A stretch of 64,000 nt of DNA from Candidatus Marinacidobacterales bacterium (lineage in GTDB: Bacteria; Acidobacteriota; Vicinamibacteria; Marinacidobacterales; SMYC01). Position numbers and translations under genes: made by a program. Of this stretch, positions 50,680-61,904 are shown piece after piece. The DNA is taken from the NCBI GenBank assembly GCA_965224085.1, contig CBDCYI010000009.1, positions 628,162 through 692,161 of the forward strand. The letters are read 5' to 3'. Under the pieces are notes generated by a model. It was not told the origin of the DNA and made no database searches. It was given only the letters and a program-made list of their open reading frames with translations. Position 1 is the stretch's first letter. Every line of letters starts with the position of its first letter.

Positions 50680-52014
50680 TCAGTGGGCGCTCGGGCGAAA
50701 GCGCTTCAGATCCGCTTCCCATGCCGTCTGGAATTCTTGGTAGTCGAGGCCAACGACCTCTTTCAGCGCCTCGTTCATGGTATGGGAGCCGCCAAGAATC
50801 CTTAGAATCTTCCGCAGCGATTCGCGTCCACGGCGCAGCTCGAGATATTCCGTGGCAGCGAGCGATTCGGCGTAAACGAGCCGCGCTTTCTCTTTCGAGT
50901 AGTTGACGAAGAGGCCTTCGAGACTCCAGAGGGGCAGGAGATTACCTTCTGCCTGCACGACGCGAAGCATCGGATAGGGATCCATCCGGTCGCTCCCTTC
51001 ACGCAGCTGCGCGAGGCCTTCATGAAACCACGAGGGGCAATTTCCTCGCGTCATGGCGTTGATGAAGCTGTGTGTGAGCTCGTGGCGAATGACTCGTCGC
51101 AGCTTTGGCGTGATTTCAGTGAGCCCCTCGACCGGTATCCTTATTTCGCCGTCGTTCAGGGCAGACGCCCAGGCAGGAGCATGAGTCACGTCGCGAAACT
51201 CGCGCTTGGTGTAGAGAGTGACTTCGATTGGGTCCGTCGGCTCGAATCGAAACTCTTGCCGAAGGGCGGCGTACTCACTGTCGAGGGTAGTCGCGACGAG
51301 GTGGCCGACGGTTTCATTGATGTGCCCGTCATAGCGGATCACATAGTGAGGACGCCGAACCTCTTCGAAGTCGATATCCTGATCGTTTTCTCGAAGTGCC
51401 TGCTTCAATTTGTAGAGCAGTTCGGGGGAGGGATCGATGTTGAGTGCTAGCTGCCACTCGCGGATGGCGAGCGCGCTCTGTCCGAGCCCGGCATAGACGT
51501 TTCCGAGAAGCTCGCGCATCGACGCGTTGTCGTGGTGGTGCCGCTTCGCTTGCTGAAGCACCGAGCGCGCGGCGCGCAGGTCGCCGCGCTCAAAATGGAC
51601 TTTGGCGAGCTCCATCTGCACTTCGAAATCATCGGGAGCTCTCGAGACCGCCTTCCGGAAGAGCTCGGCCGCGCTCTCGAGATCGCCTTCGGCGACGGAT
51701 TCACGTGCTTTTTCGACATCCTCGCTGACGAGTGCGTTTCGGAATCGCGATGTGGGCACCTCCGCCTCGTCGGCAGGGTCTGTTTTGACCGTCACGCCCC
51801 TGCGCTCGTGGACCCTTTCGAGAAGGTGTTGCGGGAACCCGAAGGTGCTTCCGTTTTTCTCGTAGAGGACCTGATTACCCTTTTCCCAATATCTTTCGAC
51901 GGTAATCGATCGGCCGTTCGTGAGAAACAGAACGACTTCTGCCTCCGCGAGCGAGCCCCACAAGGTAGCGAGGACTACGGCGATGGCTCGAATCGGACGA
52001 GCGCTCGTCATCAC
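50680..52014 (-). CDS. Putative secreted zinc metalloprotease (HExxH) with TPR repeats.
   Basis: HELTHSFINAMTRGNCPSWFHEGLAQ; TPR-like units (AEGDLESAAELFRKAVSRAPDD...). Confidence 0.5.
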   Translation of the reverse strand: MMTSARPIRAIAVVLATLWGSLAEAEVVLFLTNGRSITVERYWEKGNQVLYEKNGSTFGFPQHLLERVHERRGVTVKTDPADEAEVPTSRFRNALVSEDVEKARESVAEGDLESAAELFRKAVSRAPDDFEVQMELAKVHFERGDLRAARSVLQQAKRHHHDNASMRELLGNVYAGLGQSALAIREWQLALNIDPSPELLYKLKQALRENDQDIDFEEVRRPHYVIRYDGHINETVGHLVATTLDSEYAALRQEFRFEPTDPIEVTLYTKREFRDVTHAPAWASALNDGEIRIPVEGLTEITPKLRRVIRHELTHSFINAMTRGNCPSWFHEGLAQLREGSDRMDPYPMLRVVQAEGNLLPLWSLEGLFVNYSKEKARLVYAESLAATEYLELRRGRESLRKILRILGGSHTMNEALKEVVGLDYQEFQTAWEADLKRFRPSAH

Positions 52015-52031
52015 AAAGGCGACGGATTGGG

Positions 52032-52568
52032 TCAGCGAAGAAGGCGGGCGAGCGGTACGGCAGCTGCGTCTCCCGCGCTAATTTCGTAGGGAAGCGACCC
52101 CTTCCCGCTATTGGCGGCCTGCTGTGTATCGAATAGCCCCCACATGATCCGGTAACAGCTTCGACCTTGCACCGTCGTGGGCAGTATGAAGATCTGTTCG
52201 GATCCGCTAGCACTTGCGACGATGCGGCCGACATTGTCTTCGTTGCAATAAAGACCAACAGCGATCGTGAACTTGTTCGCGCTAGAGGCGCGCAGCTGGT
52301 CGAGAAACGACCGGGCGGATCCGTTGAGGTTCCCTGCTGCGAGTTGTTGACGCGCGTTCCCTAACGAAGGCGAACTCGTTCGCGATGGAGGCGGCTGCGT
52401 GCGCCGGGCGGTGGTGGTGCTCGGAGCGGGTGGCGGCGGTGCCGCCCGCGGTTGCGTCGGTGGGGGGCTCGGAGCGGGCGGCGGCGGTGACGTCGTCGCG
52501 GCGGGAGGCGGTGTCGTCGCGCGTGGATCCCGCGTGGGATCGGCGGTCCCGGCGCGCGGGTCGGCCAC
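52032..52568 (-). CDS. Pro-rich protein with a C-terminal SPOR-like domain. The N-terminus is probably incomplete or mis-started.
   Basis: ...FTIAVGLYCNEDNVGRIVASASGSEQIFILPTTVQGRSCYRIMWGLFDTQQAANSGKGSLPYEI. Confidence 0.4.
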   Translation of the reverse strand: MADPRAGTADPTRDPRATTPPPAATTSPPPPAPSPPPTQPRAAPPPPAPSTTTARRTQPPPSRTSSPSLGNARQQLAAGNLNGSARSFLDQLRASSANKFTIAVGLYCNEDNVGRIVASASGSEQIFILPTTVQGRSCYRIMWGLFDTQQAANSGKGSLPYEISAGDAAAVPLARLLR

Positions 52569-52950
52569 TTCACGACCCGTGAACGTCGAGGGCGAGACAC
52601 GCTACTTCAACCAGGTCGTCTTCGCGAATGGTTCGAAGCGTGAAGCATTTCTCGAGAAACTGCTCGAAGCCTACGCACGCTGGACGAAGGATGGCGCGGA
52701 ACTCGGAGATCCTCGTACCGGCAAGTCGGGGAAGTGAGCCTCTCGCCGTCGGCTCACCGAAAACCGAAAGCCGAATGCTGTCACATTCGCCAGCGGAGGA
52801 ACTCGTCGAGAGACGTCACTCCAGCCGTCTCGGCCATTAGCCTATGTGGGCCTCGCCCATCCTCTCCCATCTCTCTGGATTCAACACCGCACACTTGATG
52901 CGCTGCGTCCATACCTCGCCCTGTGACTCGGTGGCCGCGCGCTCAGCCCG

Positions 52951-54960
52951 CTAGCCCATGTTTCCCTTTTAGGTCTCTAAGTCATCATAAACAAAGGACT
53001 GAGATCCGCGGTTTGTCTCTACGCTGACAGCACCTCCTCGGAGAAGGCTGGCGGGTCGCGTTCAACGATTCCGAGTGCAGTCAGGATCGAGTTGGCGCGA
53101 GCGGTGCCGCGCGTGACGACGCGCTTGGTCCGCCCAGAACCCAGCTGTAAGTCGACGAGCCGGACCGAGCGTAGCGCTTGTAGTGCCTCGGTTGCGGACA
53201 GGTCGAGTTCGGCGACCTTGAGCTTTTTCTCAAGAGCCCGATGCACAAGGAAGGCCAGCGTAGCTACGAAAAGATGTGCCTCCACACGCTCATCGGTCTG
53301 GTGGTAAACGGGACGCATCTCAATGACATCCTTAAGGCATGAGAAGGCTCGCTCGACCTCGTTTAGGTCCTTGTAAAGGCGCACGGCGTCGACCGGAGAG
53401 AGGTTTTGCTCCTCGGTTTGAATAACGTACTTACCCTCGTAGGCTTGCTCGCGCTTGAGGTTGACCGGGTGCTCGAAGAAGCGGAAGCGAGCGTTTTTGT
53501 ACTCCCAGTCGTAGTAACGGTGACCGTGGTGGCGTGCCTGTATGCGCGCGGCGGCGGCACCGATTTTCTCGGGGGCTTTCAATCGTCCCTCGCGCACGCG
53601 GCGCTCAAGGGCCTCGAATGCCGCACGGGCACGTCCCATGGCCCGCAGCCTCTGCCCGCGCTCGTAGGCGAGCCTTTCGTCGCTGTGAACGACGAAGATG
53701 CGCACGCCAGACTGCTCGGAGCGGACTTCTTGCACACGAGTCTTAGGTGGCTCGGCTTTTTCGCTCACCGTGATGCCACCAGGGCAGTCGATCCACTCTC
53801 CGCTGGCGCGCTCGATGTAACGATAGACCTCCTCGCGCCGTCGTCTTTGCAGCCCGACGAGATAGCCCTGCTTGCGCGAGCGCACCACCGCCAGGCTGTC
53901 GCTCGTTACCATCCCTCGGTCGCCGACAAAAACCACGCGGTGCAAACCGAATCGTTCGTTGAGATCGTTGAGCACCTGCGGCACCGTTTTCGCGTCACGC
54001 CAGTTGCCGGCGAAAACATGGTGGGCGATCGGCCAACCGTCCACCATCACCAGACCGACAAGCACTTGCCGGTTACGCGGTCTGCGGTCGCGACTGTAGC
54101 CGTGGGCGCCGAGCCCCGGAGGGCCTTGACCTTCGAAGTACGTCGACGTCAGGTCGTAAAACACCATGTCAACCTCAAGCGAAAACAGATCCCGCAAGCG
54201 CAAAAACAGCTCTTTCTCGATCTGTTCTTTGCGGGCATGCAGCTGGTCGAGCGTTCGGTACCATTGCTTGAGTTGGCGAAACTCCACGCGAACCCGCGGG
54301 GAGCGACTCGCTCGCCGCTCCCCATCATCGCGCCACTGCGGCACCCACCGCCGCCCCTGCCGGTCGCAGACGAAGTCGGTCTCGAGCCAGCGCGCCAGAC
54401 CGTGCTCGCTTGACGGAGCACATAGCCGGTTGGCGACCAGCACCAAAGCTCGCTCGCTTAGCGCCACTCCGTCGCGCTTGCCGCGGCCTCCGAGCCGGTC
54501 GAGAATCTGCTCCAGTCCGAGCTCGCGCCACAGCGTCGCCGTCACCACCATCGGACCCCAATCCCACGCGTCTGCCCCCGCGATCTGCTCGGCTGCTCGC
54601 TCGGTGTCGGCCGGTTCACCGGCCCCAAGCAACCGATTGAGGGAGTCGAGATTGGCAACTAGGAGATCCTTGCGCCCCAAGTTGCACACTACGCGTTGCT
54701 TCGGCTTGCCGTGCTCCCGATACGACTCGACCAGGCGGACATACTCATGTTGAACCCCTTTGCCGCCTGCGGCCCGAACGATGCGGAAGAACATAACCTG
54801 TCCTCACGCATACTACATATCATTGTCCACGATTACAACGTATTAATGGCGCTCAAAGCACAATATCTGTCTCTACGTTTTGGGCAAATTCAACCCCCGT
54901 TCCTTTGAATTCAGTCACTTACGAGCGTTAGGGTGCCCATAAAGGGTAAACATGGGCTAG
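52951..54960 (-). mobile_element. IS1634-family element (~2.0 kb) with ~24-bp imperfect IRs CTAGCCCATGTTT(C/A)CCCTTT.
   Basis: IRs at 52951-52975 and 54936-54960. They enclose a 591-aa transposase. Confidence 0.75.
53019..54794 (-). CDS. IS1634-family (IS4 superfamily) DDE transposase, 591 aa.
   Basis: MFFRIVRAAGGKGVQHEYVRLVESYREHGKPKQRVVCNLGRKDLL... N-terminus is typical of IS1634 transposases. The size fits. Confidence 0.7.
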   Translation of the reverse strand: MFFRIVRAAGGKGVQHEYVRLVESYREHGKPKQRVVCNLGRKDLLVANLDSLNRLLGAGEPADTERAAEQIAGADAWDWGPMVVTATLWRELGLEQILDRLGGRGKRDGVALSERALVLVANRLCAPSSEHGLARWLETDFVCDRQGRRWVPQWRDDGERRASRSPRVRVEFRQLKQWYRTLDQLHARKEQIEKELFLRLRDLFSLEVDMVFYDLTSTYFEGQGPPGLGAHGYSRDRRPRNRQVLVGLVMVDGWPIAHHVFAGNWRDAKTVPQVLNDLNERFGLHRVVFVGDRGMVTSDSLAVVRSRKQGYLVGLQRRRREEVYRYIERASGEWIDCPGGITVSEKAEPPKTRVQEVRSEQSGVRIFVVHSDERLAYERGQRLRAMGRARAAFEALERRVREGRLKAPEKIGAAAARIQARHHGHRYYDWEYKNARFRFFEHPVNLKREQAYEGKYVIQTEEQNLSPVDAVRLYKDLNEVERAFSCLKDVIEMRPVYHQTDERVEAHLFVATLAFLVHRALEKKLKVAELDLSATEALQALRSVRLVDLQLGSGRTKRVVTRGTARANSILTALGIVERDPPAFSEEVLSA

Positions 54961-55106
54961 ACGAGTCATCCGGTTAATCTGATTCTGCTCAGTATAGTGG
55001 TCTCGGCGCGGCCGCATCAACTGCAATCATTGACACTAATGAGGTCCTCATGGTAATTTTCACCGGCGATTTTGCGGAACCTCACCGATTGATAGCCTTC
55101 CTAGGC

Positions 55107-56204
55107 ATGACTAGCCAGCCCAGACGAACGCCGCTCCACTCTCTTCACAAAGAGCAAGGTGGGCGCATGGTGGACTTTGCCGGCTGGGAGATGCCGGTGA
55201 GCTTCGCGGGCGTGGTGGAAGAACATTTGACCGTTCGCAAGCGGGCGGGTCTGTTCGACGTCAGCCACATGGGAGAGTTTCTCATCGAGGGGAAGGATGC
55301 GGAGGCGCTTTTGCAGCGGCTGACGCCCAACAACGTCTCGCGACTCGCCGACGGGCAGGCGCAGTATTCTGCGCTCACCACCGAGACGGGCTGTTTTGTC
55401 GATGATGTGCTCGTCTACCGCCGAGGCGAACAGCGTTATCTCATGGTCGTCAATGCGGCGAATATCCAGAAAGATTTCGAATGGATCGAATCGAGGGCCG
55501 AGGGGGACCTAGAGCTCACGAACGCAAGCGACGATTTCGCGCTCTTGGCGCTTCAGGGGCCGCGTTCGGCCGAGATTCTTCAGCCGCTCACCGATCTCGA
55601 TTTGACCGAAATAAAGTACTACCGGTTTGCCTATGGCGAGGTGCTCGGCGAGAAGGCCATGGTCGCCCGGGTGGGCTATACCGGAGAGGCCGGTTTCGAG
55701 GTGATGGTGGCTCCGGAGCTCGCGGACAAAACAGCGCGCGGGCTCTTCGAAAAAGGTGCAGTGCACGGTCTTTCTCCGATTGGGCTCGCGGCGCGGGACA
55801 CGCTCCGGCTCGAGGCGAAGATGGCGCTCTACGGGAACGACATCGATAACGAGCACACTGTGCTCGAGGCCGATCTCGGCTGGATCGTGAAGTTTCAGCA
55901 AGGTGATTTCGTTGGGCGGGACGCTCTCGAACAGCAGAAGGAGCAGGGGATCGAGCGCAAGCTCGTCGGCTTCGAGATGGTCGATCGGGGCATCGCCCGC
56001 CACGGGTATCCTGTCTTCGTGGATTCTGATTCGGTCGGGTCCGTTACCAGCGGGAGCCACGCACCCTATTTGAAGAAGAGCATCGGGCTCACTTATCTTC
56101 CCATCGGAGCCTGCTCGGATGGCACGGAGTTCGAGGTCGAGATTCGCGGGCGGCGCGCCACCGCGCGTGTCGTGCCCACGCCGTTTTACAAGCGAGAAAA
56201 ATAG
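55107..56204 (+). CDS. gcvT: Glycine cleavage system aminomethyltransferase T.
   Basis: ...RKRAGLFDVSHMGEF...ARVGYTGEAGFEV...; followed by gcvH and gcvP. Confidence 0.9.
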   Translation: MTSQPRRTPLHSLHKEQGGRMVDFAGWEMPVSFAGVVEEHLTVRKRAGLFDVSHMGEFLIEGKDAEALLQRLTPNNVSRLADGQAQYSALTTETGCFVDDVLVYRRGEQRYLMVVNAANIQKDFEWIESRAEGDLELTNASDDFALLALQGPRSAEILQPLTDLDLTEIKYYRFAYGEVLGEKAMVARVGYTGEAGFEVMVAPELADKTARGLFEKGAVHGLSPIGLAARDTLRLEAKMALYGNDIDNEHTVLEADLGWIVKFQQGDFVGRDALEQQKEQGIERKLVGFEMVDRGIARHGYPVFVDSDSVGSVTSGSHAPYLKKSIGLTYLPIGACSDGTEFEVEIRGRRATARVVPTPFYKREK

Positions 56205-56267
56205 CGCGGCGGCACCCGCATTCTACGAAAAAGGTGAAAAGCGGGCGCCGCGCCCTTGGAGACACAA

Positions 56268-56657
56268 ATGCTTCCTGAAGACCGCAAGTACTCGAAAGAA
56301 CATGAATGGATCCTGGTCGACGGTGAGAACGGAAGAGTTGGCATCACCGATCACGCGCAGGGCGCGCTCGGCGACGTCGTCTATGTCGAGCTTCCCGAAG
56401 TTGGTGCCGCAGTGGCCGCTATGGAAGTCTTCGGCGGCATCGAATCCGTGAAGGCTGTCTCGGAGCTTTTCTCCCCGGTCTCCGGCGAAGTGGTGGAAAT
56501 CAATTCGAAAGTTGTCGACAGCCCGGAGATGGTGAATGCCGATCCTCATGGCGATGCTTGGCTCATCGTCGTGAAGATGAGCGATCTGTCGGAGCTCGAT
56601 AGCTTGATGTCCGCAGCGCAGTATCAGGCCTATCTCGACGAGGAGGGCGAAGGTTGA
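56268..56657 (+). CDS. gcvH: Glycine cleavage system H protein (lipoyl carrier).
   Basis: ...[39 protein letters not shown]...[17 protein letters not shown] (lipoyl-Lys motif). Confidence 0.9.
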   Translation: MLPEDRKYSKEHEWILVDGENGRVGITDHAQGALGDVVYVELPEVGAAVAAMEVFGGIESVKAVSELFSPVSGEVVEINSKVVDSPEMVNADPHGDAWLIVVKMSDLSELDSLMSAAQYQAYLDEEGEG

Positions 56658-59518
56658 GTCGAGATTCGAAGCTCGACGCTCTCCGCCCGAGCGACGATTT
56701 CCCCCCGCGCCATATCGGCCCCCGTCCGAAAGACGTCGAGGCGATGCTCGAGTTGTTGGGGTATCGCGACATCGACACTCTCATACAGGACACGATCCCG
56801 GACGACATCCTGATGAAGCAGCCGCTCGACGTTCCCGAGGCGAAAGGCGAGTTTGCGCTCGTTCGAGAGCTTCGAGAGCTCGCGTCGAAGAACAAGGTCT
56901 ATCAATCGTTCGTCGGGCTCGGCTATCACGACTGCATCACACCGCCCGTCATCCAGCGAAACATCCTCGAAAATCCCGGCTGGTATACCCAGTACACGCC
57001 GTATCAAGCGGAGATCAGTCAGGGTCGCCTCGAAGCGCTCTTGAACTTCCAGACGATGGTCTCAGACCTCACCGGGCTACCGCTGTCGAACTCGTCGCTC
57101 CTCGATGAAGGCACAGCCGCTGCGGAAGCCATGGGCATGTCGCTCGCGATCACGCGTCACAAGAAAAACGGCTTCTTCGTCGCCGACGACTGCCATCCGC
57201 AAACCGTCGCGGTCATCGAAACGCGCGCGAAACCTCTCGAACTCGATCTTACCGTCGGTCCTGTCGACGCGATCGATCTCGAATCGGGCGACTTATTCGG
57301 TATCTTGCTCTCTTATCCGACGACGGATGGCCGCATCGAAGACTACGAAGACCTGTGCCGCCGCGCGAAGGAAGCTGGTGTGGTTGTTACGATGGCAACC
57401 GATCTTCTCGCGCTCACGCTTCTGCGTCCGCCCGGCGAGATCGGCGCAGACATCGCGATTGGAAACTCGCAGCGCTTCGGCGTACCCCTCGGGGCGGGCG
57501 GGCCCCACGCCGCGTTTCTCTCGACGGGTGAGGAGCATTCGCGCCGTATTCCCGGCCGCTTGGTTGGTGTCTCGAAAGATGTGCGAGGAAGCGCTGCTTT
57601 CCGGCTCGCGGTCCAGACCCGTGAGCAGCACATCCGGCGCGACAAAGCCACGAGCAACATCTGCACCGCGCAAGTCCTCCTCGCGATCATGGCGAGCATG
57701 TACGGCGTTTATCACGGCCCGGAGGGCCTTCGCCGGATCGCGCGCCGGGTTCACGGTCTCACGCATGTGCTCGCCGAGGGCCTGAGAAAACACGGGCTCG
57801 ATGTCGGCGACAAACCTTTCTTCGACACGATCCGCGTCGCTTCGCCCGGCGAGCGAGCGCTCACGGATGCGCTACGCGAGGAAATGAACCTCCGCGCTTA
57901 CGACAACGGCGCCGTCGGGGTCTCGCTCGATGAGACGACGACGATCGACGACGTGGCCAAGCTGTTGAAATTGTTCGGGGCCGAAGGCGACGTGTCCGCT
58001 TTGGCCGAAGCCAGCGATCTCGAGATGGGATCGCCACATCGGCGCGAGAGCGATTTCATGACGCACGGCGTCTTTCATCGCTACCATTCCGAGCACGAGC
58101 TTCTGCGCTACATCAACCGGCTTCAGGCGCGGGATCTTTCGATGACGACGTCGATGATCTCGCTCGGCTCTTGCACGATGAAGCTCAACGCGACGACCGA
58201 GATGCTTCCGGTGACGTGGCCCGAGATCGGCGGGATACATCCTTTTGCACCCGAAGATCAGATGGCGGGCTATAGCGAGCTCTATCGAGGGCTCGAGGAC
58301 TGGCTGAAGGCGATCACGGGATTTGCCGGGGTCAGTTTGCAGCCGAATGCGGGCTCGCAAGGGGAATATGCCGGTCTTCTCATCATCCGTGCCTATCACG
58401 AGAGCCGTGGCGAAGGCGGGCGCAACGTGTGCCTCATTCCTGTCTCGGCGCATGGAACGAATCCGGCGAGTTCTGTCATGGCGGGTTTCCGCGTAGTCGT
58501 CGTCGCCTGCGACGATCGCGGGAACGTTGACGTTCAGGATCTCGAGAAAAAAACCGAGCAGCACCGGGACGAGCTCGGTGCTCTCATGATCACCTATCCC
58601 TCGTCCCACGGGGTCTTCGAGGAGCGCATACGAGAGATTTGCCAAATCGTCCATGACGCGGGCGGACAGATCTACATGGATGGCGCCAACATGAACGCGC
58701 AGGTCGGCCTGACTTCGCCGGGATTGATCGGCGCCGATGTCTGCCATCTCAACTTGCACAAGACGTTTTGCATCCCGCATGGCGGCGGTGGTCCTGGCAT
58801 GGGCCCCATCGGCGTCGCGGAGCACCTCGTCCCGTTTCTTCCAGGTCATCCATTGTCGACAATGGCGGGGCGTTCGGGGGAGCAAGCGCTCGGCCCAGTC
58901 TCGGCGGCGCCTTACGGCAGCCCGAGCATCCTTCCGATCTCGTGGTCTTACATTCGGCTCATGGGCCCGGAAGGCTTGACGGACGCGACCCGCATTGCGA
59001 TCTTGAGCGCGAATTACATGGCGAAGCGTCTCGAAGAGCATTTCCCGGTTCTCTATACCGGAGAAAAGGGAAGAGTCGCCCACGAGTTCATTCTCGATTG
59101 CCGGCCGCTCGACAAAGTCAGCAACGAGGACATCGCGAAGCGCCTCATGGATTACGGCTTCCACGCACCTACGATGTCTTTTCCCGTTGCGGGGACGCTC
59201 ATGATCGAGCCCACCGAGAGCGAATCCAAGGAAGAGCTCGATCGGTTATGCGACGCGCTCATCTCGATCCGGAAGGAAGCGCGGGCGGTGGATGATGGTG
59301 AGGTCGATGCCGAAGACAACGTGTTGAAGAACGCGCCGCACACGGCGGCGATGATGACATCCAACGTGTGGGATCATCCTTATACACGCGAGCAAGCGGC
59401 CTATCCCGCGCCCTGGCTTCGCGAGCACAAATTCTGGCCCCCGGTGGCGCGCATCGACAACGCCTATGGGGATCGGAACCTCGTCTGCGTCTGTCCTCCC
59501 ATAGAAGACTACGCGTAA
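56654..59518 (+). CDS. gcvP: Glycine dehydrogenase (decarboxylating), single-chain P protein, 954 aa.
   Basis: Full-length GcvP with the PLP-lysine region (...[25 protein letters not shown]...). Confidence 0.9.
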   Translation: MSRDSKLDALRPSDDFPPRHIGPRPKDVEAMLELLGYRDIDTLIQDTIPDDILMKQPLDVPEAKGEFALVRELRELASKNKVYQSFVGLGYHDCITPPVIQRNILENPGWYTQYTPYQAEISQGRLEALLNFQTMVSDLTGLPLSNSSLLDEGTAAAEAMGMSLAITRHKKNGFFVADDCHPQTVAVIETRAKPLELDLTVGPVDAIDLESGDLFGILLSYPTTDGRIEDYEDLCRRAKEAGVVVTMATDLLALTLLRPPGEIGADIAIGNSQRFGVPLGAGGPHAAFLSTGEEHSRRIPGRLVGVSKDVRGSAAFRLAVQTREQHIRRDKATSNICTAQVLLAIMASMYGVYHGPEGLRRIARRVHGLTHVLAEGLRKHGLDVGDKPFFDTIRVASPGERALTDALREEMNLRAYDNGAVGVSLDETTTIDDVAKLLKLFGAEGDVSALAEASDLEMGSPHRRESDFMTHGVFHRYHSEHELLRYINRLQARDLSMTTSMISLGSCTMKLNATTEMLPVTWPEIGGIHPFAPEDQMAGYSELYRGLEDWLKAITGFAGVSLQPNAGSQGEYAGLLIIRAYHESRGEGGRNVCLIPVSAHGTNPASSVMAGFRVVVVACDDRGNVDVQDLEKKTEQHRDELGALMITYPSSHGVFEERIREICQIVHDAGGQIYMDGANMNAQVGLTSPGLIGADVCHLNLHKTFCIPHGGGGPGMGPIGVAEHLVPFLPGHPLSTMAGRSGEQALGPVSAAPYGSPSILPISWSYIRLMGPEGLTDATRIAILSANYMAKRLEEHFPVLYTGEKGRVAHEFILDCRPLDKVSNEDIAKRLMDYGFHAPTMSFPVAGTLMIEPTESESKEELDRLCDALISIRKEARAVDDGEVDAEDNVLKNAPHTAAMMTSNVWDHPYTREQAAYPAPWLREHKFWPPVARIDNAYGDRNLVCVCPPIEDYA

Positions 59519-59572
59519 ACGAGGATTACTCGGAGCCGATCGGGTTTTCCAGCCTGCCGATTCCGGGAATCT

Positions 59573-60165
59573 CTACCTCGATGACGTCCCGTCCTGGAGC
59601 CATTCCGGCGAGGTTGCCTCGACCGCCGAGCCTCCGGGACTGCCGGTCGCGATCAGATCGCCGGGCTCGAGACGCGTGAACTTCGAGATATGTGCGATGA
59701 GGAACGGGATATCGAAGATCATTTGCTCGGTGCCGCCGTCCTGCACGACGCGCCCCTTGCGGCGGGTGATGATACGCAGAGCCGTTGGGTCGAAAACTTC
59801 GTCGGCGGTAACCAACAACGGCCCAAGGCCACCCGAGCGGTAGAAGTTTTTCGCCGGCAAGTTCTGTGTCCCTTTGCCCATCCAGCCCCTTACGGTTCCT
59901 TCGTTCATGCACGTATATCCGGCGACGTGGTCGAAGGCGCTCTCTTTCAGTCGATTCTGCGTAAGGACGTCCGCAACGTCTCGGCGCCAACGATGCGAGC
60001 GGTTGCGTCTATTATGCCGATATCGACGCCGAGACCATCGGGCGACACGACACCGTAGCGTTCTTTGCCGCGCGCTCGATAGCTGACCAGTTTCACGCCT
60101 CGGAGACTAGAGCACATGTCTCGTCTTGTCGAGTGTTTGACACCGTTGGCGCATTGTTCGATCAT
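59573..60165 (-). pseudogene. Fumarylacetoacetate hydrolase (FAH)-family protein split over at least two frames.
   Basis: N-terminal frame ...YRARGKERYGVVSPDG... and a second frame ...IFDIPFLIAHISKFTRLEPGDLIATGSPGG. The frames change between 59908 and 59947. Confidence 0.45.
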
Positions 60166-61037
60166 GCGACCCGGCTATGCGGAGAAGGAGAGATTCGAGG
60201 TGAGCGGAGGTCTTATTGCGAGCTTCGTCGCCTCGCATCCGCCACGTATGGGTGTCGAGCAGCAAGCGCCTGAATTCATTCGAGGTCTCATCGATGGGCT
60301 GAGAGAGCTCGGTGGAGCCATGCGCGCTCTGGAACCGGACGCCATCGTTCTTCATTCGGCGGCACTGGGTGAGCACTTTCTTGTGGCTCTCGCCGGTCCA
60401 CGAGGTGCACGAGGGTGTCTGCGTTGCCGACGAGGCGCCGGATCTCATTCCGGGCTCGCCGTATGCGTGGCCGGGTGAGCCAGCCCTCGCCCAAGCGATC
60501 GCGGACAAGCTGAACGCCGAGAACATAGGCTGCCGAACGTTCGACACTCCACATTGGAACTGGGACTACGGTTGCTACGTTCCTCTCGAGTACATGGACC
60601 CGCGCTCGGAGATCCCAATCGTCCTGCTTCCGACCGTGATGTGCTCGGATGTGGACGAGAACCGTCGAGTCGGCCGCTATGTTCACGAGGTCGGGAAGGA
60701 TAGCGGGAAGCGCATCGTTTTCGTGTCGAGCTGCGCGCTGTCCCACGATGTGCTGCGTGGGCCCGAGCTTTGGCCCACCGCGGTGCGGCAGGAGCTCGAC
60801 CGGAAATTCATCGAGCTCGCGACGGAAGGTCGCGCCGCCGAGCTCTCGGCGTGGATGCCCGAGTTCATCCGCGAGGGCGTTGCCGAGATGGGAGGCCGCA
60901 CGATCTCGAGTATGGTCGGTGCTATCGAGGCATTGGCCAAGGACCACGTAGAGCTCACCGGCGAGCAGGTCGGCCCTTATGCGCAGAGCTCAGGGAGCGG
61001 CAACGCGCACGTCGCCGTGTTCCCGAAGACAGCCTAG
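60116..61037 (+). pseudogene. Class III extradiol ring-cleavage dioxygenase (LigB/DODA family) with a frameshift near 60390.
   Basis: Frame 1 ...ALEPDAIVLHSAALGEHF then frame 2 ...WNWDYGCYVPLEYMDPRSEIPIVLLPTVMCS...RIVFVSSCALSHD. Confidence 0.5.
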
Positions 61038-61049
61038 GCGGCGAACCCG

Positions 61050-61904
61050 TTGGATCGCCGCATCGTTTTCGCCGCGCTGAGCCTCGTCGGGCTTCTCGCC
61101 TTTGGTTACGCAGCGCGGCATATGGCGTCCCGCATCGGCGCGCCGCTCGATTTCGACGTGGGCCCGAGCACCGGGCCCTACCTCGATGGATTCACCGAGA
61201 GCGAGGAGCGGCTACCCGTGACCTTCCGTTGGACGCGCGAACGAGCTGCGATCGCTCTGCCGGTCGAAGGCGCCGGAAGCGAAGCGCGGTTGAAGCTGCG
61301 GCTTGCGCGCTTCTTGCCGGGTAGCACCGAGGTCCGTCTCTTCGTGGACGGCGTGCCCGCGGGGTCATTCTCCGCACGCTCGGGGCGCTTTCGCACGGTG
61401 GAGCGTTCGATCGCGCTACCCGCTGGATCGTCGACGCTATCTTTCTTCGTGCAAGACTCCAACCCCGAAGGCTTCGGGATCGCCATCGACTGGATACGCA
61501 TCGAGAACGTTCGCTGGCGCTTGCCGCGCGGCGCCCTAGCACCGCCGTTGCTCCTCTCCGGGGTCTTCCTGCTCGCGCTCGCCTTGGGCTTTACACTGCC
61601 CCGCGCGCTCGCGATCGGCGTCTGCCTCGCTTGCGCCCAGGCCATATGGTTCGCGCGAGACCCTTTCGCGATGGCCCACGTCCATCACGAAATCACGGCC
61701 GGCGCACTCGCGACGACAGCTCTTCTCGCCACCGCTTTCCGGAGCGCTCGCTGCGTGCCACTGCTCTATCTGCTGGGGCTTCTGCTGAAGTCTGCTCGAC
61801 CACGATCTCGCATCGCTCGAAAAGCACGCGCTCGAGGTTTTCTCGGGATTTCGACTCCTCGACCCGGAGCGAGGCGCCCGCCCGATGGTCGCCATGGTTC
61901 GTGA
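61050..61904 (+). CDS. Hypothetical membrane-associated protein. Its 3' part overlaps the PhyH-like region in another frame, so the 3' end is doubtful.
   Basis: N-terminal transmembrane segment. No recognised domain. Confidence 0.3.
   Translation: MDRRIVFAALSLVGLLAFGYAARHMASRIGAPLDFDVGPSTGPYLDGFTESEERLPVTFRWTRERAAIALPVEGAGSEARLKLRLARFLPGSTEVRLFVDGVPAGSFSARSGRFRTVERSIALPAGSSTLSFFVQDSNPEGFGIAIDWIRIENVRWRLPRGALAPPLLLSGVFLLALALGFTLPRALAIGVCLACAQAIWFARDPFAMAHVHHEITAGALATTALLATAFRSARCVPLLYLLGLLLKSARPRSRIARKARARGFLGISTPRPGARRPPDGRHGS

Noticed and set aside
52399-52737. 112-aa plus-strand ORF overlapping the SPOR-domain gene.
   Set aside because: Most of it is antisense to the Pro-rich region of the SPOR-like gene. 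Only the last ~55 aa are non-overlapping and they carry no recognisable motif.
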